A stretch of DNA of 64,000 nucleotides, taken from positions 64,001 through 128,000 of IMG/VR virus record IMGVR_UViG_3300024999_000035; one strand, 5' to 3'. The notes under the pieces were generated by a model. The model was not told where the DNA came from. It worked only from the letters and a program-made list of their open reading frames with translations, and did not search any database. The DNA is from a virus (lineage: Duplodnaviria > Heunggongvirae > Uroviricota > Caudoviricetes). Position numbers and translations under genes: made by a program. This document shows, piece by piece, positions 53,390 through 64,000 of the stretch (positions are counted from its first letter, which is position 1; each line of letters starts with the position of its first letter).

Positions 53390-56300
53390 TAATATTCAAT
53401 CTCTAAAATGCGTCAAAAAATTACAAATATTTTAAACTAATTAAAAGTATTATTTCCTAGTATTTGATTTATGATAATCTGTAATAATTTGATACTCTTC
53501 TTGATAGCCAATCTTGTATGCTTCATCTAGATTATCAAAATCATCACCAAACATTGTAAAATCTCTCGCTCCATTGTCAGAAGGATCACTACTGTACCTA
53601 TACACAATAGTTTTTAAGTCTGTACCACAAATATAAAAATCTACCATTCTACCATTCTATCAAGTCGCAATGCACTTTTAATGAAAATACAGTCATCACA
53701 ATCATGTTTGTATAATGGTTTCTTATCTTCATTCATCCCTGCTTTTATTAAATTATTCTCAAATTCCTCAATGCTAATGTTCTCAAAATGCTCTTTAATT
53801 GCTTTTAATCGTTCAATAGTATTCATTGTATATTATACTCCCTTCAATTCCCAATCATTTAACCAAGTATCTTCAGTTCTCCGTTCTTCAAATTCTTCAG
53901 TAAAATTATAATTATCCTCAGTCATAATATATCCTCGATTATCCATGTAAATATATTCATCATTTGAAAAGTATCTATGAGTTACTTTATGCCCTTCGCC
54001 CATCGCAATATATGCTTCTTGTTTAGTCATTTAATTTTCAGTCCTTTCTATTATATGATAAGTTGCATGTTTGATTTGATTACAAATCCTTCAAATAATT
54101 ATTTAATAAATACATAAAAGTAAATACTCTATTTTTATCATGAATTTCAATTGTAAACTGCTTCTTATTATCATTGTAACTTTTAAAAACTTGTTCTTTA
54201 CTAAACCCCTCACAGTAAATAGGATTTATAGTTTCATCTTTTTCAAACAATCCCATAAAGTCAACGTTAATTTCATTCTCTGAATCAATTGATATTTTCC
54301 AATTATGAAAGTTATTTCTGATCACCATTGATAAGCAATATCTTTTTAAATTAATCTTATACACTGGTAATTTAATTGATTTAGAAGTATGAGTATTAAT
54401 GACTAGAACTGGATTGGCACTAAGTTCTTCATATCCGGCTTTAGAATTTTCATAGAATAGTTGGTTAATAGTATCTCGCACAAAACATATTTGATCTGAA
54501 AACGCTTGTTTATACATCATTTCTTCTTTAGGACTGTTTACCCTTACCCAAGTAGTTACATCTACTGGCAATTTTTTGGAATAGAATTCTTTAAATTCTT
54601 CAACTATTTCTTCAACGTTTTTGTCCTCATATTTACTTCTGTTAAAATCTAGATTATATCTTTCCATATCATCTAATAGATAATAGTTGTTTACTGACAT
54701 TATTATCATTTCCTTTCATCTTAAGCGTTTAAATCACTAGTTTTATTCATCACTAAATCACGATATTATTTTTTCATTTGAATAAAATCATCTAGATTAA
54801 CTGATTTTTGCTTATCACTAAATCTTAATTCGTATCCTTTACTTTGTAATTTGGCAAATTGTTTCATAGCAAATTTAAGATCATCTGATAAATGAAAAGA
54901 ATATTCTTCATTATCAATACTAACGAGCAATCCAGTCACTAAATTGTTATTGATATCATAACCTTTAGCATAATTGATTGTTACTACTTTTACTCATAAT
55001 AAGCATAACCTCCTCAATTTTGTTTTGCTTACGCTGGCTCCATAGAAGGATTTAAACTTATCAGAAGTGGCTTAAATCCTCTTAGGATGTGTGTAGAAGA
55101 ATATATCTAAACACACACATACCGATAGTTAAATCCAAAAACATGTTCTCTCTTCACTTTATTTTTCTGTTCAAGGTTGCTAAGTGCTTCTAGAGTTATT
55201 TCCGCAGATAATTTAAAGTAAACAACTATGTCTACACTATCAATATTTTCGTGTTGATGATTTTGGATATATTTAAAAAGAGCATTTTCTAAATAATGTT
55301 GCTTTACCATATGTTTTATCTTTCCTTTCTAATTTAGAATTGATACAACGAAAGAGTGATTTTATTTAGATTACTTTTTCTGAAATATTTCTGACCATTC
55401 GTTAGTTGTACAAATATACTCTTCTCTTTCATTATTAAAAGCGTGAAAATTAAAATCTTTATCAAAATGACCATGATAAATTTCTCCAGATATAAAACCA
55501 TATATAGACTTAATATAAACAAATTTAATCACACAAATCAATCCTTCCTTCTCTCAAATAAATGTTATATTTCCAAGGATTATTTAAGCAATCTCTTAAA
55601 CTTTTGGTTTATTATATCTCCTGATACAATCCTGTCTATTCCTGATTTATCTTTAATTAAATAATCACAATCTCCTATAGATTCGGCATAATAAATACTT
55701 CCTTGTTCAAACATTAAGGTCAGTCCATTTTTTACATCAATCCTAGCTTTTAACTTAAACATTTATATTCCTTCTTTCTTTAAACAGCTTAAAATCTGCC
55801 TTTTATGCTACCTCATCAGAATTGATAATATCTTCAATCGTATGTCCATATGTGTACTTAAATGATTCCGGTTTACTAACTTTAATATTTTTACCATTCT
55901 TTAATTTAAACAAAGTCTTTTCAATCACGCAATATCCACCACATTTATTAAATTGACTTTCATATCCGTATGATCTTATCTCTTGTATATTTGTATCTGA
56001 TGATTGAGAAATTGCTTCTAAACTTCTGAATACTCTACTAAAATAAACTGGTAAACATAATACATTTGCTCTAAATCCTGCCCAACTTCCATCATCGTCG
56101 TTTTCTGCCCATCTCTCAATATTGATAATAATATTACGATTGCCTTTTAATATTTCTTTAAACCTGAATAGAGGATTTTTAATTTTTGAAAGATATGTAT
56201 AAGCATTAAATTGATCTTCATCCCATGTTCCAAAGCCTACTTTCTGAATAGGATTTCTAAAGAATAATCCTTTTTCAATTCCTTCTTCAGACTTGATAAC

Positions 56301-56854
56301 AAATTTCTTATAGTTTTTTACAACATTTTCAAACATTTAAATGCACTCTCCTCTTTCTAATATTTATTTCTTGAGTTAATTATATTCGAGTTCTGGATAA
56401 ATTGCAATAGAGTTTTGAGTAAATATAAAAATAAAGTTGGAATACAATATTGAATCTGTTATACCATAATTTGGATGTCAGTATTAACCATTCCAGTCTG
56501 AACATTCATTAATATTAAAAATAAATTTAAGTTTGTGGTTCTTGAGACATGATTTATATTCAATATGATCACAGTCAAGATTAAGACAGAACCAACAAGA
56601 ATGTTTTATTTGCAGTTGTGTCATTGTTATTCACATCCTTAGATTAATACTGTTTCTCACTTTTGGGAAGTGATTAGTCCATATTTTTTAAACTCTCTAA
56701 TGTCCGTTATTCGGACGTTTGAAAAGTCCTTGATCGAAAATACGAGTTCTGTTATATCAGAAATTACACCAAATAAAAATAACATTTTATGGTAAATATT
56801 GAATTGTAAAAACCTAGTGTAGTAAGGGTTTGAGGGTTTGCGTTTTGTAATTAA

Positions 56855-57562
56855 TCAATAATATACTACTGCATCTTTAAATTTACCGTTTTTTAATCTT
56901 CTGTAAAAAGTCATGTGGCAAATGTTTAAAATTTCACACCATTCTATAATAGTATGTATTTCCCCATCTATTTCAATGTACTTCTTTTTATGTTCAAATC
57001 TTTTCGGTTCTATTAATTCTTCATTGCTCCAACCCCATGACATTCTATTCAAGATAATATTTCTAGTTAATCCAGAAATTTCTGCCCATTCTGTAACAGT
57101 ATGAGTCATGCCTCTAATTGTAATTAATTTGGTTTCATTAGTAAGAAGTTCACTTGTTAGTTGATTAAAATCCCATCCTGCATGATACCTTTGTATTATG
57201 GCATCATATGGTATCCCACTCTCCTCTGACAACTCTTTTAATTTTTTAACAACTCCATTGATTACAATTCGTACAGGAGGTTTAGAATTTTTAGCTTCTA
57301 TTTTAGTCTTTTTACTAACACACCTACAATTATTTATATCATAATTACCATTTGGGTCTTTTCTCTTAATGTTTTTATCGTCAGTATACCCATTATTTAA
57401 CGCCCACTCGAAAAATTTATCCCTATCATTTAACCATTCTTCGCAAATCCTAATTCCCTTTCCTCCGTAATATTTATAATTTGGTAAATTTGTGTTATAA
57501 CAAATTGATTTCATATTAATAAACGCTCTTCTCAATCTTTTGGTGATATTTTTGTTTTTCAT
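56855..57562 (-). CDS. Degenerate HNH-type homing endonuclease with C-terminal DNA-binding repeats
   Basis: YGGKGIRICEEW...F.EWALNNGY...GNY..NNCR; the usual IDRID reads IKRKD; three I(N/R/D)GxxxTxxEW-type repeats; ATG at 57562 after GGAGG. Confidence 0.75.
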   Translation of the reverse strand: MKNKNITKRLRRAFINMKSICYNTNLPNYKYYGGKGIRICEEWLNDRDKFFEWALNNGYTDDKNIKRKDPNGNYDINNCRCVSKKTKIEAKNSKPPVRIVINGVVKKLKELSEESGIPYDAIIQRYHAGWDFNQLTSELLTNETKLITIRGMTHTVTEWAEISGLTRNIILNRMSWGWSNEELIEPKRFEHKKKYIEIDGEIHTIIEWCEILNICHMTFYRRLKNGKFKDAVVYY

Positions 57563-60120
57563 TTTAAAAATCATCCTCCAATAATTTATATAAATAATCT
57601 TTGCTAATCGCATAAACCCACCTGTACAATTATGTCTGCTGTTATATTGAAATTGTTATACAGCATGGGCTTAAATCACTAGCACAGATTATTTATATAA
57701 ATTTAAAACCTATTGAAAAATGTTCTGTACCTGCTTCACAATCCCCTTCAGGAACAACATTCATTTTATCAGGATCGAAAGTTAAATCATAATCTTCTGA
57801 ATCAATTAATAAGTTAATTACATTCCCTGATATATTATCTCGAATAGCGTCACCAACTTGAACAGAAAATCCATTTTCCCATGTTGCATAATATCCAAAT
57901 TCATAAGCATGTACTGCAATTTCTACAGGTTTGTTTTGATTCTCTTTTAACCAATTATAAAATTTATCATGATTTGACATTAAGATCATTCCCTTCTTCA
58001 CCCATTTTACTATTGATAGGAGTTATAGAATAACTACCTATTTACCTTAAATCATTTGCTTGATTTATGTATTTGCTTATTTCAATTCCTTCCTGATTTG
58101 TTACTCCATTTCCAATAATCTGAAAATGTTCTTTGGCAAATTCTTTTGTAACATCTAAAGAGATAATTTCTTTCCTGCGTTTGAATAAAATAATTATACC
58201 ATTGTTCCCTTTAGTTGCATAAAGCTCAGATCCATTTATTACATTTGCCCATGTAAGATGTATATCTTGATTCCTTAATGATTCTGGTGTTACCTTTTTT
58301 ATAAGTTTAATGTTATAAAGTTTCTTCATTATCTTATACCATCCTCCTGTTATAATGATACCACCTAGCAGAGTCCTTATAAACCCTGCCAACGCTCTGA
58401 GCTTAAGGTCTTTTTTGACTGGCTCAGACCAGTGTTATTTGTTATTTACTTTTACTCTTTTTGGTTTTACTTTTAAAGTTTCCATTTTCATCATATGATT
58501 CTGGATTTGCTCCTGGTACATCCCATCCAAACATTGAACCTGTTAACATTGCTGATGATTGAGCTTTTGTTATTCCTAATTTTTCATTTATTTCATCAGG
58601 GTCCATTTGCTCATAACAATTATCAAGATTGTTATAACCTTTTTGACCACGTTGTAATAGAATAGTCTTTCCACTCAATGGTTCTTTTGAGTAACAAAGT
58701 TCTGGCAATCCTTCAAACATATTAATGCACTCTCCTTTTAATTTAATTATACTCCGATAAAGCTTGCTTTTCGAAGGTACTAGATATAACTTCTTCCTAA
58801 TTTTAATCCAATAATAAAACAATTCATAAATGGTATTTCTACCGTTTCAAAAACATTTTTCTTTTCTGCATAATCATATACACAATAAACTAAATCTTGT
58901 TTGATAACTTTAAATCTTACTATGCCTGATTCTATAAGATCCTTATTCCACTGTTCAATCATTTTAAAAACTCCTTTCTTAAACCCCAAGGAAATAATAG
59001 TTTTATTCTATTGAAATCGGTTGTTCAATATATCCACGATAGATAGTAAGTCTATTTCTTTCCTCTTCTGCTGCCCAATGATTCAATCCTTTTGAAATGT
59101 ATTTTTGTTTTTTCAATGTTCCATCCTTGTATAGATTTGATTTTAGATGGTCAAAAGTCCCATCTTCTCTTTTTATAAAATATCTAACGGACTTATATAG
59201 AATCCTTTACTCAACAATAGACCATATCTTACAATTTAATGATTCTAATACAATATCTCTAAGTATATTATGCTCGAATCCATTTACATTGATATATACA
59301 AGGTCTTTAATCTTATCTTTTGGGATATTGCCTAGAGTTTTTTCAATCCATTTAATTTCTCCTTTGTTTGAAATTGCTTTCTTGCTTTGATCTTTGTATA
59401 ATTCCTGTATTACTTCAAATACATCAAGATAGGGAACTCCTTCAACAGTTAAAACTAATAAAATTTCTTCGATGATAAGATTAATGTCATATTCCAAATA
59501 ATTTGCAATAACCTGTTGGTCGAGTTCGTTAGTATAATGACTTCCTTCCGGTATATCACCATCATTGAAAAATCGATAATAAGAACGACCAATTTTTCTG
59601 TATTTTTCTTTGAGTTCTTCATTAATTGGTAGATATTCAACTAAATCGCCATCAAGTTTTTCAGCTAGAAATGTTTGATATTTACCATTTGAATTCCAAT
59701 AGGTATTTTCTAATTTCAACATAATAATTCCTCCAATTAATTTATTTGAAATATCGTCAACGTCAGATACTAAATTGTTATGCCGATACTGACATTATAC
59801 CACAACTAATTCCCTTAAAGCATGTTGTTTGCTAACCTTGTGCGTTCCATAACCATTCTTTGATAGTCGATGTTTATATGGTTTATCATTAAATAATTCT
59901 GCATTATATTGAACTTGATCTCTGGTAAAAAGCCCAGTTAAAACTTTCCTTACATTTTGTCCTTCAGTCCATAGATATATCTTGATAAAAGCCCTTTGAC
60001 CATATTTCACAGAGAATCCTTTTCTCTCCCATTGAACATAAGTACATAGATTATCACTATCAAAATTAATATTTCTAGTGCTTATTTCAAGTGCAATAAT
60101 TTCTTCATTTGTTAGTTCTG

Positions 60121-60278
60121 ACATAATTACTCGGCAACCTCCTTAATGGTTTTGTTATTGATAAAATGAGATATTGCCTTGATAACTTATATCCCTTAAT
60201 TTATACATGGTATAATCTAATAAGATATTTTTTATATTAAGATTATACCATGTATCCACAAATTATGCTGCTACTTTT
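60121..60278. repeat. Duplicated intergenic regulatory cassette, copy 1
   Basis: Shares ACATAATT..TCG.CAACCTCC, AAAATGAGATATTG.CTTGA.AA, CCTTAATTT.TACATGGTA.AAT, ATTATACCATGTAT and CACAAATTA.GCTGC.AC with copy 2. Confidence 0.85.
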
Positions 60279-60730
60279 TGTTTCCATTTAAACATCCATT
60301 ATAATTATCTAATACATGTAATTTGTACTTTTTACAAAATCCCATATATATTTTGCTTTTTGAATTCTTACAATTTTTACATTCATAACATTTCATGTTT
60401 AACGCCTCCTATAGTAATTTAATAACTTAATTGTTCTTTAATAAATTTTTGGATTTCTCTTTCTGAAAAATGGTATTCTTTTCTTAGATGTTCAACAACT
60501 TTCATGGTTTCTCGATACTTCTTATTCCATGAATAGTTATCTATTTCCTCTTGTGAACCGCCTGTTAAAAGTTCTATCTCATTTTCATAATATCCTTTTT
60601 CAGTTTTAATCATTATTAATCACCCTTTCACATGCAATTAATTTTTACTTTTACTGACATTATACCATAAGAATTGCTTACCACAAAATAATATTATGAT
60701 TAGATTTCGATGTATTTATGTTTACATTTA

Positions 60731-60905
60731 ACATAATTGTTCGACAACCTCCCAACCTTCATTGTTATAGCAAAAATGAGATATTGACTTGACAATTTGT
60801 GTTCCTTAATTTTTACATGGTACAATACAATTTTCAATAATTATATTTACATTTTATGCATTATACCATGTATTCATAAGTTACACAAATTAAGCTGCAA
60901 CCTTG
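60731..60905. repeat. Duplicated intergenic regulatory cassette, copy 2
   Basis: See copy 1. Confidence 0.85.
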
Positions 60906-63900
60906 GATTTCTTTGACTTTTTATCCTTCTTAACTTTACCAGAAGCAACAATAACCACGTCAGATAACTTCATAATCTTAGTGACTGTCCGGTTGTTCCA
61001 TAATGTCAATCTCACTTCTGCATAGGGTACAGGTTCAAGGTCTGAATAATATGCGATATTGATAATTTCACCTTTAAAGAAGCGATAAACTATCTTTTTG
61101 CCTAGATATAAGGAATTAAGAATTGAGGCATTTAGAGATATATTTTGGGAGTTTTCAGGTTTTTGCATAATGATTACCTTCTTTCAAATTTTATTTTAGG
61201 ATTTTATAATGGTATAGAATATGTAAGATTATTTAGAAATATGAGCAATTAGTTTTTCAAAGTTTTCAAAAGTAAATGGAATTTGATGTACGTCACAGAT
61301 ATTTTTAAATTCTTGGAGTAATTTTAATTTGCTCATTGTTTATTTCCTCCTTTATTTATTTTAGGATTCAAACATCCTCTAAACCGCCTAAACTCATCAA
61401 GTGTACATTTTATCTGTTATAGAGTTTAGAAGGCTTAGAGGGCACTCGTGGCCCTAATATTTAACGGGTCATGTCTCTTACTCTGAAATATTCTCTTGCT
61501 TCCTGCTCTGTGTCTGCTTTAATTTTACCAATAATTTGATTTTGTTTCGCCCATGCTTCATTGTCTGTCAATTTAATATCTATACAAGTTGTTCCCATGC
61601 TTACCACTTCTGCTACCAAAAAGAATGTCTTTGAACCTTTGTCTATTTTTAACATTTGTTATTCCTCCTTCTAATACAATGAAATTATTGTTTGCTAGGA
61701 TTTAGATTTGTCTTTGTCTCCTGTTCAATATTTTCGCATTTCTTCTTTCATTTTGATAAATATATTCTCCAATACTAATTTTTGCGTCATGCGAAGATCC
61801 AAGATCAACACCATATTTATAAAAAGAATCTGTATAAGGAAGGAAATATTCAAATTCACCTGTACCCTCAGTGTTTTTTCTCCATCCACTAATTAGCCAA
61901 CCATTTTTTGATGCTTTAATTTCATATCCATATTCTTCCTTGTTATAATCTTGATAACAATCGATCTCACTTTGAAAATGCCCTTCGTGTGTTTCATAAA
62001 AATAATTTGACATTCTAACCACTCCTTTAATTAATTTTACCTCGAATCAATACACCATAATTGTTATATAGATTATAGGCTTTTGGTGTATTGAATCCAA
62101 ATTCAATTAATTAAATACCATAATTTCCTGCAAGATATCCTAATGCTTCTTCTTCAGTTTTCCCGATATATTCATGTCTGTTATGAGTCCCATACCAATA
62201 ACCAGAATAACCTAATGGTAATGAGTCATCATATCCAGGCCATGTTTGAGTATTGGCCTTTGATGTGAAACGAAGTTCGGTTGTTTTCCCTCCGATGTTG
62301 TAAGTTTTGATAAGTGTAGCATCTTCCATTTTTCATTACTTCCTTTCTAATTAATTTCTGACCTCAAACCGTAACACAAATTTGAATTTGTTATAGAGTA
62401 TTTTGTGTTACAGGGTTTCAATTCAGAAATTAAAACTCTTGATAAGATACTTCAGCAAGATAAATTCCTGCTTCGCTCTCAATTCTGAGATCATCGGTTA
62501 CAAATAAATCAATTTCTTCGGCAAGATATTTTTCAATAACTGGGATATTCTTTTTATCGAGAATCGTGTACCCCATTTCTTCTAGTTCTTCTAAGGAGTA
62601 AAATCTTCTTTGCATTATACATTCCCTCTTTTCTAAATTGATTTAAAGAGTCCATGATTAAAATTTGGGTTCGTGTTATACAGATTATACCATTTTTAGC
62701 AAAGTAAATGTAAGTTTCATTTGATTAGAAGATCCTCTGAATTAAAGAAGTCAATTAATGCAGTTCTAATCTTTTGAGCTTCAAAAGTGTTATGCTTCGC
62801 CAGTGAAAGTTTAGTAAATAATTGTCCGGCAATTTCTTTAGTTGAAAGAACGGAAAATAATGATTGTTTGATAGATTCAGTTTGCTCATCATTTAAAGTC
62901 AAATTAATATGCATGGTGTAACCCTCCTTAATTAATTAATTTAGGCTGAATACTTTTCCAGATACCATTTAGGCCACAATTTAGACATCCATTCTTTCCC
63001 TACTTCAGCGCATTGCAATCTGATTAAATTTACTTCTATTGCAATAGGTTTCGCATAAAATCTCATGGTGTGTCCGTTATAACCATCTGGAAGAGTTATA
63101 ATTTTTCTTTCTGGTTCTGAGCAAGATCCATCACTATGTACGCTTAATTTTGTCATGTTTTATACTCCTTCTAGTTTATCATATTTTACTTTAATAAACT
63201 CCAAAATATCCATAACTATTATTATACTTTTGTTATAGATATTCTAGGCATCATTAAAATAATTATTTATATTATTCCATATAATTTAGATGTTTTTCTG
63301 AATGTTTTTAATACTCCACCGTTTGTTGTCCAGTGACTTTTAAAACTAGAAAAATCTGAACATAGGCGAACGGTTATAGTCTTTGGTGTTTCTTTGACTA
63401 TTTCAGTTACATCAAATAAGAAACCGTCTGATTCTGCTAATTGAGTCCCGACCTTAATTTGGCTTGCTGTTATGATCATATCATTCATTTGTTAACACAC
63501 GCTCTTTTATCTAAATTATGTAAATAACATTCAGTAATAGAATTTTGAACGTCACAGAAACCCGTTCCGTACCCACTTAATTTATTGCAAACATCTTCAA
63601 AGTCTTTTGTGTTAACTCTTCCTGCTCGTTTAATTCTTTCAACTCCTAACTTAATATAACCAATTCTTTCAGATTCTTTTTGCTCTGCATTGTTAACCTC
63701 ATAACCTAGATAATTACGTTCTTTAAGAGCTTTTAAACACTCATTAACTGAAGTATAACCCATTTCAAAAACTGTAGTTTGATAAGGAGTACCAAAAGGA
63801 AACCCAATAGTATTGCATACATTATATTGAGTAAATTCTCCTGTTTCAAGATCAATAACTTTAATCTCATTCCAACCATGATTTTTATATTCCTTTACGT

Positions 63901-64000
63901 ATGTTTTGATCATTTAAAACACTCCTTTTTGATTTTATTCGAGCTTAAATGCTCTCCGTACCGCACTATATTATATTTGAATTTTAATACATTACAGCAC

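Larger units (their letters stand above)
1..64000 (-). mobile_element. Regulatory and early/middle region of a large SPbeta-like temperate phage/prophage of a Firmicute (likely Clostridia)
   Basis: Dense co-oriented minus-strand small ORFs with Firmicute RBSs (AGGAGG); phage-typical YopX, Lar, DenV-like, MrpR-like and YopQ-like genes; no housekeeping genes. Confidence 0.85.
53450..64000 (-). other. Putative early-gene region: many small hypothetical ORFs separated by hairpin/promoter-rich spacers (e.g. 54080-54709, 55803-56336, 57693-58001, 58442-58822, 59207-59722, 59795-60124, 60890-61168, 61702-62022, 63485-63913)
   Basis: RBS-led ORFs; repeated intergenic motifs described in the findings. 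Confidence 0.6.

Noticed and set aside
60264-60396. Paralogous KVAA-ending protein upstream of repeat copy 1
   Set aside because: Hand translation stops at TAG 60271-60273 (41 aa); the KVAA similarity is DNA-level and out of frame.
1731-61896. Remaining plus-strand ORFs of the track (e.g. 1731, 2107, 7129, 10910, 33715, 38797, 42342, 45309, 59097)
   Set aside because: They overlap well-supported minus-strand genes, have shadow-like composition and lack RBSs. Only 38145-38446 has real coding signal.
1-64000. tRNA/rRNA genes, group I/II introns, IS transposases, retron/DGR reverse transcriptase
   Set aside because: No cloverleaf/T-loop, transposase or RT motifs recognised by eye; tRNAscan and Infernal were not run.

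Overview
This is a strongly AT-rich 64-kb segment of a large temperate phage or prophage of a Firmicute, probably a Clostridia host. Almost every real gene lies on the minus strand, arranged as leftward-firing sigmaA-promoter modules of small early/middle genes; no virion structural genes are present. Two loci stand out. (1) 15.7-17.35 kb: a self-contained cassette of a promoter, a RAMP/Cas7-like gene, a non-coding array and an accessory gene. The array is built of strict 5-nt periods (constant G[T/A]T triplet plus a variable dinucleotide). It is cut into 11-14-period units by a 9-nt GAGCATTTT-like separator, with a sixth unit beyond the accessory gene. This looks like an RNA-guided system with a non-contiguous code (VIPR-like, but GWT/NN rather than GGY/NN). 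(2) 2.0-10.8 kb: an SPbeta-type repressor pair (SroE/YopQ-like, SroF/MrpR-like). Where SPbeta carries arbitrium, this phage instead has an agr-type cyclic-peptide module: agrB, an unannotated 39-aa agrD, DUF5317 and two kinase-less AgrC-like membrane proteins, interleaved with MazF/PemK genes including an HTH-MazF fusion. The rest holds accessory genes (NMNAT, phosphoesterases, DenV-like glycosylase, DUF262, Lar, YopX, MTase, SF2 helicase, SLOG, tyrosine recombinase, HicA, GNAT, ClpX Zn-finger, SprT, Phd), several disrupted genes and recurrent intergenic palindromes. Family assignments come from motif recognition by eye; no database searches were run.
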